Position numbers and translations under genes: made by a program
Part shown: positions 14,079-28,313 of the stretch, piece after piece
Numbering within the stretch: position 1 is the first letter of the stretch
How the letters are laid out: each line of letters begins with the position of its first letter
The notes under the pieces: model-generated
Told to the model about the DNA's origin: nothing
The model's input: the letters and a program-made list of their open reading frames with translations, nothing else
Databases searched by the model: none
Source of the DNA: Phoronis australis
Lineage: Eukaryota > Animalia > Phoronida
Assembly (NCBI GenBank): GCA_002633005.1
Contig: NMRA01000034.1
Span: forward strand, 643,766 to 707,765
Direction of reading: 5' to 3'
DNA length: 64,000 nucleotides

Positions 14079-17000
14079 AATCAAATTTTGCCACATACTT
14101 GGATCTAATGTATACGAGTTTAACTGTATTTGAATCTGGTCAGCCACTTCTGAGTCCTGATGTTGTGAAATAAGCCAAACTTGGCATTTTTTCTAGGTTA
14201 ACAAATAACCTTAGGGAGTCAAGTTGCGTAAGTTGACTTATAGATGACCTAGAAGAGGTAATTATACAAATTGCACCATTTCGTATTGACGTCAGGGACA
14301 CAAAACTCATAACAACCTTAATGAGATGTACACTAAGGACACGATCACAATACTACCAGTAATTAAACTGTTATGCATCAAGTCAAAGACAGAAACTTAA
14401 AATGAATATTGGCCATCTTCTTTCACGAAATCAGACATTCGATATACAGTGCAATTTCTTTAAGTCTCGTGATGAAACCAAAACAATACAATCTCGCCAA
14501 TTTTGGACACATCACGATACACAAGTGAATTTTTCCATACAACATATTAAAGTCGCAATAAACCCGCTTTCTGCCAAAAAAAACAACTTTTAATTCAGAT
14601 CCCTTACTACAGTAAAATTGGCCTTGACTTGTTTCTCGTTCAGATGATTTGTGGTCCCACATGCTCAACGAAAAACTTGAAAAGCTGTGACAGCTCCACT
14701 GACTTGCAGAGTCTCGTCTCAACCAATAACTAACAGTCAGTTCTTTTCAAGGTCAGCAATTACAACTAATTTGACCAAGAAACAATATGACACCAATTTA
14801 ATAACAGTAAAAGATCTGAATCAAATCTGTTTTTTGTGATCAGAGTTTGAAATATGTAATTGTCTCCTAAATATGTACAGCTTGGCGATCTTCTTTAAGA
14901 TGTTATCAACTCAAAATTAATCAACCGATATCATTCAAAAAGTGTACTATAAACATAGTGAACTTGGCCTCCTTCACTTTTATCTTGTTGTTTTCACTAC
15001 AGGGTACAAATGCGTTGTTTTAAACAAAATCTCTTGACATAAATAAGCTTGTACTGGCCATTATGCTCACCCCTGTAGTGCTTCATCATTAGATGATCAG
15101 ATGCAACCAGTGGTTTTAAAGTCTCATATTTTACGAATAACGGGATAATGAAAACACGACAGGTGTGGTGTTTTAGTTCAAGTGGATGCATCAAACGAAG
15201 AAATTAATAGCTAATTTGGACATAGAGATAATCCAAATGAAAGATAAAATTAAATCTTCTGGCTGGATTTAACAAATGAAAAGCAAATTGTGGCAAAGCT
15301 GAGTTTTCTCAGAGAAATGCACTGATATGAGAATTACTTCTACAATTGCATCCTAGATTTCCTCAAGACTAACAACAGTTCTACACAATTTAACCAAAAC
15401 ATGAAGTATAAACCCAGGTGACTCCATCTTTGAAAATTTATTTAAAAGCAATGCTAGATTTAATTGCTTTAGAAGCTAAGCACCAGAAATACACAAAAAC
15501 ACAAAAAGTGATATGAACCATCTTTCAAAGAATGTAGAAAAAATTTCTCTCATCTTCAAATATCTAACCATGTTAAGGCAAACATTCTAAACAAAAACAT
15601 CTATAATGGTACTATAACTTAACACAAAACCCACTTTGTTCAAATTAGCTAGAGGACTAAAACCTCCTAAAGAAATTCCCCAGAATTCAGCCAAAGGCAG
15701 GAGATTTGATGGCAGGAAATGTAAATTGTAAACAGCCCCAGGCTTGCATGGAATCAAACTATCCCTGTTTCCATAAACATAATTGGAATTAGCTTTAATG
15801 GCTAGATGAACATCAACAAGCCAGCCACAAAACCTCAAAGAAGCATTTAAGGCTGGTTACTGAGTACATGTGGTTTTCATGTCTGACCAGTTAGGCAGTT
15901 GAAGAAAATAAAAATAAACAAAACAGGAGAAAAGACTGGTGAAATTCCTTGCAAGTTTTGACTGGAAAAATCCCAATAATTCTGATAAAACGAAGCACTG
16001 AGTCAACAGTGAGTACGATGAACTTTCCTCAAATTCAAACACAAATAACAGCCAAATTTTTTATTTTTACTAGATAAAATGGAATTTCTTCAGGTATGTT
16101 GCTTTGTCATAATTTTTTTTTTATTTTTTGTTTCTATGTTCACACACTACAGATAACAATTCTTATGCGATCAACTTGAAATTTACTCACAACATGTGTC
16201 CCATGAATGGCTCGAAGCCTATTGTGTATGGTTGAAATTGGAATCAATATGGCACTGTGGCAGCCATTTTTCCTTTTTTCATTTGTGGAGCCACAGCTCT
16301 GCTGTTTCTAGGGGGATTTTTCCATTTTTTTTCTGTGGATAGATCATTCCAAAAGCTATCACAAATGTCTCACCTATTTTTCTATAGCTCGTTTTGATGA
16401 CTGGCTTCCAAATAAGTAAGTTTTTGTGCCGTATCTTCGCGTTTCTCGAATGATCTGTCTGAAATTTGGTACGTGGATAGATCTTTTCAAGAGCTACCAG
16501 CATTGAAAAACTCGTCTCTTGCTAAGGTTTACAGTTCTCACGATATTCGAGATTTACTGCTCAGGCGACTGTTCTTTTGTTGAAGTTATTTGTATATGCA
16601 CTTCGTTGTAATAAAGATTCCGAATTTTGTCTGATCCATGCACAGTGCTCACTTAGTCAATAGGTCGAGGGTTTCTGTTCTTGGGTGAAATCGGATGCAA
16701 GAAGGCATCGTGACGGAATTATGTTTGCGGAGTTCAAGCTCCACAATTCTTTGACCGATTTTTTTTAAATTTGATAAGTAAACAGATCTCCTCAAGCGCT
16801 ATCTAATACATTGGTCGCATTGGGGTCATGATTGTTTACGTCATCCACCTCACTTTTTTATTTGATTTCACCAAGTGTCATTCTTCATAGTGCTTTCATT
16901 TCATTTTTCAAATTCTCATTGCATTGCAAGAATTATTGGAGATTTCATTGTGTGTTTGTTGATGACAGCCATACTATATAAAGTTGTCAAATAATCAATT

Positions 17001-17872
17001 CAAAAAATTGTCTTCTCGTTTACTCTAGCGGAAACTTCGATGAAATAAATATTTTAATGTTCCACCATATAGTGTTCTAATTTGAAGAAGCTTTGTTATA
17101 GATCAAAGGTAAACCAACCAGTAGATATGAGATATCAAAATTTCTCAATACAGCATGATTCAACCGGAATTCAAACACACACTTGTTAACCTCTCAGTAT
17201 TTTTATGAATTCAACCTTGACAATCAACCCCCCCTGCTACAGCAACATTACCTAGTTCAGGTAAGCTGACATAAAAACAAGCAATAAAAGACCAAGTTAA
17301 AAAGTATGACTGACTGTACATTAGCACCACGCCTGGTCAAACGAGTTTAACATAGTAGTTGAAGGACCACATCTCATCATGTGGTCAAATTAAATCAGAG
17401 ATTCATGACAAAGAAAGTCAGTCAAGCTTAACTAGTAAACACTTCAATTTACGCAAACATGGAAAAACAAGACATAACAGAACCAGTGTCTCTTGTTTGA
17501 GGAGACAAGAGGGACTTACTTCATTGAAGTTAAATATTCCTCAATTTCAGAAGGGTTATCATGAGCAGTACTACTTGTAAATATGTACTTTTCCCCAAAA
17601 GAAGAAAGAAAATGGATTCAGAGAATATGCTTGTAACCAGCCTCTCCATATTATTTTCACGAGGTCAGTCTTACTGACTTTTTGAATGAAAAATTCATTT
17701 AAAAGCAAAGTAGCATGAAATTAAAAGACCAGACTACTTTAGGAGTTATTTACTTCAAAAAATATGTACTTTTACTAGTTGACACTGACACGTTTTATCT
17801 TTTGATTACTGAGTAAGAGTAGGGGTTGCTTTGGTACAAAACTGCATAAATACCGGTTTATATACACAAAAC

Positions 17873-18001
17873 ACAAAACGTACTGAGAGTGAGGCAGCTG
17901 AAGTAATATCCCACGAGACATTATTCCTTCGGTCTCGGTCGATACACAGAATTATGTCTTGAGGATATTACTTCATTTGCGACACTCTCAGTACGTTTTG
18001 T
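17873..18001. repeat. Imperfect ~130-bp palindrome/hairpin
   Basis: acaaaacgtactgagagtg...gaagtaatatcc...agacat pairs with atgtct...ggatattacttc...cactctcagtacgttttgt. Confidence 0.85.
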
Positions 18002-21000
18002 TTTTAACCCATACGCTTCAAATTCCTAAGTTTCTTTCATTTTTCAGCGGATTTTTTAAAATACTTCACCCAGACTGTTCATGTGGCGGATCACATCCTA
18101 TATGTATGCACTTGCGGGTTAGGTTGCAAGTTTCCTCCAGTAAAATAAAGTTTTAAATGTAACCATTTATTACTTGAAAAGAGATAACAAAGATGAAAAT
18201 AACGGTAATTGTGCACTGAACTTATAACATTTCATGAAAATAATTAAAGAACAACATTTGATATTGTAGCTACTGAGGAATCGATGCCTGAGTTGCAGAC
18301 GATATAATATTTAGCAACTGAAAACTGAGACAGAAATTCCATATAATTAACAGAGTTGTACCAGATGTTATGTTTGAGACCGGACTGCATGTTATTTTTT
18401 TATACTGCTGCAATTGTAATATTTTAAACTGTTTTAGGAAAGTTTGAAGATCGAACTGGCTAATGACGTTGAGTCGACATCGACCTACCTTTTGAACTTT
18501 CCATGTCAGAGGGCAAACACTATCACATGACTGTATTGCATTCGACTGGTTCAATGCGTATGGGATGAAGCTTTGGAACGATTGGTTAAAAATAATGACA
18601 AAATGAAATCTGACATAAAATTAGTGTCACTAAAAACTTCACTCTTCTTTGAGTAAAGCCTATCGATCATGGGTCCCACAAAATTACTGTCATACTGTTA
18701 TAAATAAACTTTTTTGTGTTACAAAAGTAGGGGAATGATGCAAAAAAATGACATTTATTAAACTGTTTTTCACTTACACTGTTTTAACAGGCAAGGTGTA
18801 GGTTGACTCTCAGATTTTGCATGCACCCTGTAAATTCGTAAGCTCTACATGTTGATTATAAGTTTCATGACAAGGGATGACCAGAACTACCTAGGCAGTG
18901 TGAAATTTTGAGATTTATATAAAATTGAAACACATCCCTTCCTAGCTATTTTTTCAACATCAGCCTTCACACAGCTAGATGGCTGGCTAGAGTAGCGATA
19001 ATTCAATAAAGTTTCTCACTGTTTGGAATGGTATGTTTGTCAAAAAAGCTTTGATTTGGACCATTTACTGGCATGAAATTGGTCTCAACTTGTTCCTTAG
19101 TCAAAATAGGTGTGACTTTTGGGCTTGGATAGAAGTGACTGAGTTCGCTGTTTGGTCAGACAAGGCTCACAAAATTACACAAGGGCTGAAGAAATAACAA
19201 ACGGACTATCAGTCTTTCTCAAGCCTAGATATTCCTTCTAATCTGAGCAGTGAATAAGGCAAGACCAAATTTAAAATGTTAAGTAGGTAAATCAAAACTT
19301 TGATTTTGACAGTAATTACGAATTTAATGACACGGCAACACAAGTTGTATATGAATTAAAAAATAGTATGTTTTGAATAGTCTCAGAGAATTCAAGAAAA
19401 TTTATCACTTATAATGAGACATTATCATTTTTTACAGCTGAAAAACACATTTTTGGGGTCACTGTTGGACGGGATAACCTTTGACGAGAACTATTATAAT
19501 AAAACAATAAACTCTGCTGTGTTTTTGTGATTTCATAACAAATCGCAAATTCTCGACATAGTCTACCAAACATTTGCTTAAATCACGATGGGTGACAACC
19601 ATTACATAATATATTGTGTCATTTAAGGTGAGGGAAATAGCTCGGAAGCAGTGTGACTGGGTGCGTCACAAAATCACTTTTCTCGCCAATATCTTCACTT
19701 TAAGTGATTAAAAGAGATTTTCAGTATTTTAAACAAAAATCTTCATGCCATGCAATATTGCATGCTTAGGATAAAAGAAGAAAAATAAGACATATTTTTG
19801 TAAACACTAACACTGACAAGTTTAAAACGAGAATCAAGTCTAGCAGAAATATATCTGCTTTTCTACATTGATGAAAATGAGTAGATTCTGCCGCGGTGGT
19901 TGTGATGATGATGGCAGTGCTGGTGGTGCTGATAATGTACCACGCCATACACCTATGCTACGCATTGAGAAGAACCGGAGATGTTTGTTTAAATACAAGT
20001 TCGCACCGATCAAGCACAAACAACTGTAACTCATTAGGGCGTTTTCCCATTGCTCCCAACTTTTTCATTTCTATAACCCAACAACAAGTTGGGAAGTTTC
20101 CCCCTGTAGCCAATATCTTACATGACTGATTAACTCCATTCTGGCATTCATGGTTGGAGGGCCAGCTCTCTTTTGTTCAGTAATTGCTCTAATCTTCAAT
20201 AAGATTGTATCTAGCCTGACTGGGCTGTGCTATTAAAAATAAAAGTTATAACATATTTGAACATAAACCAATAGCATTTTTGAATTCCTCGTCAAATGGT
20301 GATAATGTTTAGTTTTTGAATCGCCAAAATCGCCCAACAGGAACCAAAGTTACGATAATCTATTCTTTGCGAATGTACCAAATGGGTTTATGGTGTTCAG
20401 GTGTTCACATGTGGTCTGTAATAAACCTGGTAGATAATTGGCGTGCCTGTTGTCATAACAGACAAAAGACTGAGCTTGGCAGTTAACAAAGACACTAGAT
20501 GTTATCACATGCTCACAACCCTCTTCTTGGTCTGGTAAAGTCACTGAACGGGAAAACGCTGTCATGAGTAAAACTGACAGGCACAGGTGTCTCCACCTAG
20601 TGTCCAGCTGTGGAACTAGCCAGCAGGACTGTCTGGTAAATAAAGGACAGCAAAAATTGTGACGCCAACTGAGTTAGAAAAAAGTAACGCAAGGCTATTT
20701 ACTACTGCTCATTTAATAAGCATTGAGATAAAAGAAACATTTAGTTCAAATTAACAAAGGAAGTTTGACCTGTAAAAAAACAAACAGCACACAGTCAGCT
20801 CTTAATTACTGGTTCAGGGCAACTCAATTATTCTAAGGAAGAAGTAGATTGTGGACCAAAATACACGTTTTTGTGGAACAATGTTTGATACAGTTTCTCA
20901 TTTCTAACTTGCACTGGTCAACTAGAATTTCAGCGTAAGATATAAAAGATATCAGAGAGGCGATAACCATTCAATCTATAGTATCTGAAGGGGTTAAGAT

Positions 21001-21745
21001 ACATGTTTGCCCAAACCTCCCTCTTAAAAATTTGATTTTAATATGATTTTAATTTTCAAAAAAAATCAAAATTTAAATTCACAGCCACCAGTACGTAATA
21101 CATGTTCGTGGGAATAGACACAAATATAGATAACTTAAGCCCAACAAACCAATCAGTGACAAAAACACAATACATTGCATGCATCAGAGAATGTCCAATT
21201 TGACTCTTCCATACTACGCTTATATCTGGTTTTATGGTAAAAAATCTCCCACTTCGAACAGTCTCCAAAATTTGGGACACATGACTCATCTGTTACAGAA
21301 CAGCTCAACTTGACGTTCATTCAATTTAATAAGAGCCATGCAACGCTAATTAGACTAAGGCAAACAACAATAACCTCAAACCCGGAATAAATCAAATTAT
21401 GGCAGGGAATCTTCAAGTTGACTTGAACCAATCAATGATTTCCATGAGTTTATCATTGCATAATTAGGAACTCGGTGTATCTAAGAACCAAACCAAAGGG
21501 TTCTTGCAAAAGAACATGGACCAAAGCTATAACTTTCACACATGGCACTGCATGGTGCTTTAACTATGAAAAGTACTAATATTGAACAAAAGTCACCTAA
21601 AACACCCAATTTAACACGTGTAAGTACACAAAGAATATCTGGTCAGTACACTTAAAAAGGAAGTGTATAGGTGTATCCGCCTACATGCAAAGCACTCGGG
21701 CGAATTCTTTGAAAAATGCATCACATAACGCTTAATCGTCGTGAG

Positions 21746-21787
21746 AGACCGTCCCGAGTTGGTATGTGGTGCAACTCGGGACGGTCT
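21746..21787. repeat. Perfect 16-bp stem hairpin (small palindromic element)
   Basis: agaccgtcccgagttg, 10-nt loop, caactcgggacggtct. Confidence 0.85.
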
Positions 21788-24519
21788 GGGGTCTACAAAA
21801 AACCATAGTTCAACTGTGAGTCTATACCAATGTGATAATCGAGAGTAGTTCTACTTGCTGCGTCAGCTGCTGGTATGCTTATCTCTTTTATGACACACAA
21901 TGTGCGACTGGGCAAAGTGTTTTCATAATAATGTGGATAAATCAGTGGAGTGTGAAACCCCTGAGGTCCCTGTCAAGTCCTCACGGCAATTTTACGTTAT
22001 CAATTGTGACATAGGAGCACGGGACGAAGTATGCGTATATAAGGCAAGTCGAACATAGCCACAATACTGGCCACTAGAGGGAGCAATAGTCATCAGCTTT
22101 TCACAGCCTAACCAATATCTTCCAAGTTGTTACGGATAGCAGCACGCTTGCATAGGAACAGACAGAGAATGATTGTGAACATGAAGGTGGAACAGTCGAA
22201 AGAACTCGCAACTTCATAATTTATTTCCTGTTTTGCTTTCTCATGCACTCGCAATAAGTGTATTTTGTAATTTGCTTGATGGCATTTTTGCTGGTATCAA
22301 AAAAGTACGTCATTTCAGAAGGTCCAAGTAATTTTTCTGGTGCTTTACCAGCACTTGAATTACCCAACAATGGCATTTTTAGCACTTTTATAGCAAGACT
22401 ATTCACTTCAAAGGACACATAAGTGCAGGGGAGAGACAGTCAGAACATATGAACCAGTGTGTTCCCAGTTTTCGCAAGCATCGGTATTCAAAGTAATTTG
22501 GAATGCTCTACCTTTGCAGTTGCTTCAAAATATACCTTTATCTTAACATAATCAGACTCTGTTCTGTTCACGTCCTCCACAAGAACCCGCAATCCCAAAT
22601 TAATGAAAATTGTCATTGAAAATACCACTTCCAGAACAACGACTCCTTTGTCTGTTTCCGCTTCCGCTGCACGAAAACCTCAAACACTAATCTTGTGTCC
22701 AAATGGCAATCGAGTAAAAATTGCTCAGTAAGTTAAATTTTGACGTCTTTTCTCAAATCATGACATTAACTTGATGGCAAAAGTACTAATGGTAAAATGG
22801 CGTCGGGAATAAGACATATGTCTGGAACATGTTGATATTTCCGCATATACTGCTAACTTTTTCATCATGTGACTTTTTTTGGTTTCTATGTTCGTTAGCA
22901 TCCGGTACTGCACTTTGGTTCAGTAAGGCCTTGCAACTGCCACTGGTAAAGTTTTTATTTACAAAATTTAGACAAACTTGTGTTCCAAGGGGTAACAACC
23001 TTCTACGTCGTATCTATAAACAGTTATTTCATGTTACGCGTCTAAGGAAAGAGCACCTTATTATTCATTGTGTTAATCAGTTGACTACAGAGAATGAACG
23101 AGCCCTGACCAAATCTCTCATCATCCAGGTGGTGACGAAATAAACCAATAATTCTTCACTTGTTTCACACAAAATATCCCAAAATTGTAATTTTTCTAAA
23201 TTCCAAATGATGGTTGTCTTGCTGCAAATGATGGACGCTTTACAAATGAATTCGAGCATTTAGTAGACTAAGTTTCTTAATTTTTATTTTGTTGGGAAAT
23301 GTAACAAAAATTTCACTTGTCCGCCACATTGTGTGCTAAGTGGGTGGAGAATGTACAGCATAAGTCAAACTGACCTCTTCACTGACTGCATACCTGCCTC
23401 ACTTAACCACTGGCATTTTTACAACTGAAAAATTGCTAGTGTTATATGTGAACCCCATAAAAGTCATCAACATAATCACGTATCAGTGGCTACCAAGCAT
23501 ATTAAACAAAACTATTTAACCAAGACGACAACCAAAAAGTTAATGTTTTGTACTCCGGGGACAATTGTTCTTTTGAAAGCAAGATTACACTATCTAATTG
23601 ATGACGATAAGCAAAGATTCCCAGCTGCGAACAGCAAACCCCCATGCAGAGCAGGAGCTTGGTCACCAGACTCCAGGTGTTAAGGAGTTGAAATTCTTGG
23701 ACTGTTAGATTCAATCAAACCCCTGCTGCGCATATCTCAGTGAGATCCAGGCCACTTATCAACTGACATCTTTATTGGCAGCAGTTAAGATGCTAACAGA
23801 GCTATTAGGCAACAATTAATTACTTCATAATTTAGGCCTAATCTTTTAGGCTGCATCCTTTGGAGACACCATATAAACTGGGTTATCTGTATTGCAATAC
23901 AAATAGGTCACCTAGTTGCGTAAACTGTCTTCAACTGGTTTGTGTTGTGTGTTAGCCAGGTTGGGTGAATACTAAGTTATTGGACCCACAAAACCTTGCT
24001 CAGCAAGTGAACTGTGTCTTCTATAACAGCACCTCACCAACAATACTCATTATACAACTTGATATCATTCAGAAACAGTCAGAGCGTTTCAAAACGACAA
24101 GGTACCCCTAAGTTCTAAAACAGATAGTGTGTGCAGCTCCAAACCTACCATAATACTTTTTAAGAGACTGGGACCCACCTCAATTTTTGTAGAGGTCTTC
24201 TGTGAACGAAAACATCCTTTCATTAAATTTCATTCCAGTAACATAACTCTTTGGGAACTGGAAGGGGTGAGGGAAGTGGAGAGGGTGAGGGTGGGGCGAT
24301 GGATGGAAGGGGTGGGGGGATGGGTGGGGGATGGGAAGAAAGGGATGAGAATCGGACTGTTGGGGGTAGGGTTTGCTGTGAGTAAAGGGGAAAGAGAAAA
24401 ACTTATTCAGAAAAAAGCAGCACCGATGGTTCTCGTTGGCCCCAGAAAGATATAAAACTGCTAAAATCAGAGGCAGAGGACACTAACACAATTCAAGTTA
24501 ATATAGCCCATAACAATTA

Positions 24520-26015
24520 ATACATTTATTTATACTGAAGGCCTCTGGCCCAAAGCACAATAATCGGAAAAAATTAAACAGGCACATTTGCACACACAGT
24601 CAACCCATTTAAGAACTGTTCTCTTCTTTTAAGGGCAGAGTACACAATATTTAACAACAGATATATCTGGATCAGCTAGCAGGCCTATACAGGATTCTTG
24701 AGTTGGGTGCTTCCATAGAACTTCCTTCATAAAACGTGACCTAAGTTCATAATATCCCTTGCAAAGCTGACCAGAAAGTGGCATTCATCCTCTAAAAGAC
24801 CTTCATTGCAAATCAAACATAATCTATTATAATATTCCACTTTCTCGTGTCTACCCACTTCCACTTGTAGTCTGTGGTTGGAGCAACGTAACCGAATAAA
24901 CAATTGAGTAAGACTAATGTAGTGGTAACTTAAGATATGGTTCAAAACAGTACATAGTCATAAAGTTACAGAAATCTTTTCGGACTTATATACGTTAGGT
25001 CACTTGATGTGATCAAAAAGATGGCGGATTGAACGGGATAAACTAATTGCAACATATTCCACGCCTCACTGAAAAGATGATATTTACATTAGTAGTACGG
25101 TATTTAAGTTTTGCATTATGCTCAATTTCTAATCGTCAACCTAGCTCATAGCAGTGATTAACTCTTTGCGCGAAGATACTTAAAAACGAGACTTCGCACG
25201 TGACAACTTGATTCAACCAAATTTCATAAAAAACCTACTTTGATACCAATTGTCTAACAGAAGATACCCAAATATTTCTCCCATTCCGATCTAAGTCATC
25301 CAACATGCCATAAGCCGCTTTAGCGTATCTAGTAGGTGACATTTTCAGTAACTTCAGCCAATATTTTACACATGTGACATAGTACTTTGCATAAAGTGGA
25401 TTAATTCCACATTCAACCAATACAGCTGTGATTGAGCAAGAGTTTCTAACTCCAAGAGCAATTTTACAGAATTTAACAGTCCCCAGTTGGCACAGCAATT
25501 TTATCAAACAGTTCAAGTGATAGGCTCAATGGTAATTCCGTGCACGGTTTCTAATTTTAGAGATAGACATAGCACCTTTACTACCTTGATGTGAGAGTTT
25601 TAGTGGCTTTGGACCAAACTAATCTTGGTGTAAAAATATTCCAAGATATTTATATTGGGAGACAACCTCCACTATTTGATTTCCATAATACCACTTCTCA
25701 TACGCTCGGAGTGGCCCGCCATTTCTAAAAGCAATGACCTTAGTTTTTTCACATTTACACTCATGCCCCAAGAAGAACAATAGTCATAAAGGCAGTTTAA
25801 CATTCTTTGCAAATTAATTTGAGTGCTCGAACACAGAACCTTGTCATCAGCATACAACAGCGATTTGACTTCCAGCGCCTCTTTATTGATATAAATCCCT
25901 CTAATATTTTGGGCATTATCTAGGACTTCGATAAATTCGTTCAGATAAATGATAAATAATAGTGGTCTGATCATACACCATTGTTGGATGCCGACAGAAC
26001 AGTCAAAAAAGTCGG
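24520..26015 (-). mobile_element. 5'-truncated, decayed non-LTR retrotransposon (LINE; RTEX-like) reverse transcriptase and C-terminus
   Basis: Fragments PLLFIIYLNE, SLLYADD (RT catalytic motif), LQRMLNCLYDYC..WGMSVN.KK, KFCKIALGVR...VLVECG, LRCSNHRLQVEVGRH...RLCLICN...EDECHFL, broken by frameshifts and stops; AATAAA near 24530 on -. Clade assignment is from memory of motif style. Confidence 0.9.
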
Positions 26016-26069
26016 TTAACCCTTCTGCATAACAACTAAATTGGATACGATCATAACTACATATAAGTC

Positions 26070-27200
26070 ATAAATTACGAAAAAAAATTTAAAACAAAAC
26101 ACAAAAACAAGACATTTCACATATATAAAACTTATAACAAGAGCAACGCGGAGCGTTGAAATGCGCCCATGAATGCATCGCAAATGGTGTACTTTTAGGG
26201 TTGTTTGTGTCATAAAAATGGTCACTAGATGGTATAAAAACGTACAATTCATCCGAAAACGGGAACATGTCATTGCTTCTTAAACAGAAAGCTATACAAC
26301 AAATTTCATACAAATCCATCATGGAACTTCAGAGAAACAAAGGAAAACAGAATAAAATGAAATTGCCACTGGGGGGGGGGGGCATACTGTTCAGTGGATC
26401 CGCCGGAAAGTCGTCATTGTCTGTTTTTAGCTTCATATAAATACATTTACAAATTAAATTTAATAAAGATCCTGGACACTAACAACAGATGCAAAAACAG
26501 TAAAAATGGCCATTAGGTGGCACAAACTACGTCGAATCCATCCTTAGATACCTTTTTACCAATTTTTGTGAAAATATGTTGAGGACCTTCGAAGATAAAG
26601 AGGTAAAGGTAAAAAACTAAAATTCCCACTAGGGGGGCACACCAGTAGTCGGATTCATCCGAAAGTTTGCTCACGCCGTCCCATCCATGAAAGGAACACA
26701 TGTGCAAAATTTCATGAACATACGTCAATCGCTTTTGGAGATAGAGCAGCGGACGCCAGACACCGGACTACGGACGGACGGAGATGACGGCATAATGCGT
26801 CCACATATAAATATGTGGGCACATAAAAATTACAGCCAGATTCTGAATACATTCACCCATTACCCTGAGAGCAAGAAAACATATTCAAAGAAGCGTGCTA
26901 TATTTATTACAAAGAACTTTTAACCACAGTTAGGAGGGAGTTCTCTTGCCCATGTTCCAGAAACCAGGTCAAATGACGGAAGCCACCAATAACCATAACA
27001 TTGAATGTGCTTCCAATTTGTGATGTATTTTAACAAGGCCATTTAAAGATGGAGCACTGACCTAGGTCCCAGCTGGGAGTATCCAAAACAGACTGACCAA
27101 GAAACAAGTGTCAGAAATTAAATTATACCTAAACATGTGTGCATCACAATCATTTATTCTTTGTAATCAAAACATAATTTTAAGCACTTTTGCTTTCTTG
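26070..27200. repeat. Copy 1 of a ~1.1-kb near-identical tandem duplication flanking an N
   Basis: Nearly identical to 27202-28313 apart from a few SNPs and indels; contains (acgg)n motifs of the kind seen in invertebrate non-autonomous elements. Confidence 0.92.
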
Positions 27201-27201
27201 N

Positions 27202-28313
27202 ATAAATTACAAAAAAAAATTAAAACAAAACACAAAAACAAGACATTTCACATATATAAAACTTATAACAAGAGCAACGCGGAGCGTTGAAATGCGCCCA
27301 TGAATGCATCGCAAATGGTGTACTTTTAGGGTTGTTTGTGTCATAAAAATGGTCACTAGTGAACATGTCATTGCTTCTTAAACAGAAAGCTATACAACGA
27401 ATTTCATAGAAATCCATCATGGAACTTCAGAGAAACAAAGGAAAACAGAATAAAATGAAATTGCCACTGGGGGGGGCATACTGTTCTGTGGATCTACCTG
27501 AAAGTCGTCATTGTCTGTTGTTAGCTTCATATAAATACACTTACAAATTAAATTTAATAAAGATCCTGGACACTAACAACAGATGCAAAAACAGTAAAAA
27601 TGGCCACTAGGTGGCACAAACTACGTCGAATCCATCCGTAGATACCTTTTTACCAATTTTTGTGAAAATATGTTTAGGACCTTCGAAGATAAAGAGGTAA
27701 AGGTAAAAAACTAAAATTGCCACTAGGGGGGCACACCAGTAGTCGGATTCGTCCGAAAGTTTGCTCACGCCGTCCCATCCATGAAAGGAACACATGTGCA
27801 AAATTTCATGAACATACGTCAATCGCTTTTGGAGATAGAGCAGCGGACGCCGGAAACCGGACTGCGGACGGACGCCAGATGGACGGACGGACGGAGATGA
27901 CGGCATAATGCGTCCACATATAAATATGTGGGCACATAAAAATTACAGCCAGATTCTGAATACATTCACCCATTACCCTGAGACCAAGGAAACATATTCA
28001 AAGAAGCGTGCTATATTTATTACAAAGAACTTTTAACCACAGTTAGGAGGGAGTTCTCTTGCCCATGTTCCAGAAACCAGGTCAAATGACGGAAGCCACC
28101 AATAACCATAACATTGAATGTGCTTCCAATTTGTGATGTATTTTAACAAGGCCATTTAAAGATGGAGCACTGACCTAGGTCCCAGCTGGGAGTATCCAAA
28201 ACAGACTGACCAAGAAACAAGTGTCAGAAATTAAATTATACCTAAACATGTGTGCATCACAATCATTTATTCTTTGTAATCAAAACGTAATTTTAAGCAC
28301 TTTTGCTTTCTTG
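27202..28313. repeat. Copy 2 of the ~1.1-kb duplication (probable haplotype overlap at a contig join)
   Basis: Starts immediately after the N at 27201 and ends with the same gcacttttgctttcttg that precedes the N. Confidence 0.92.
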
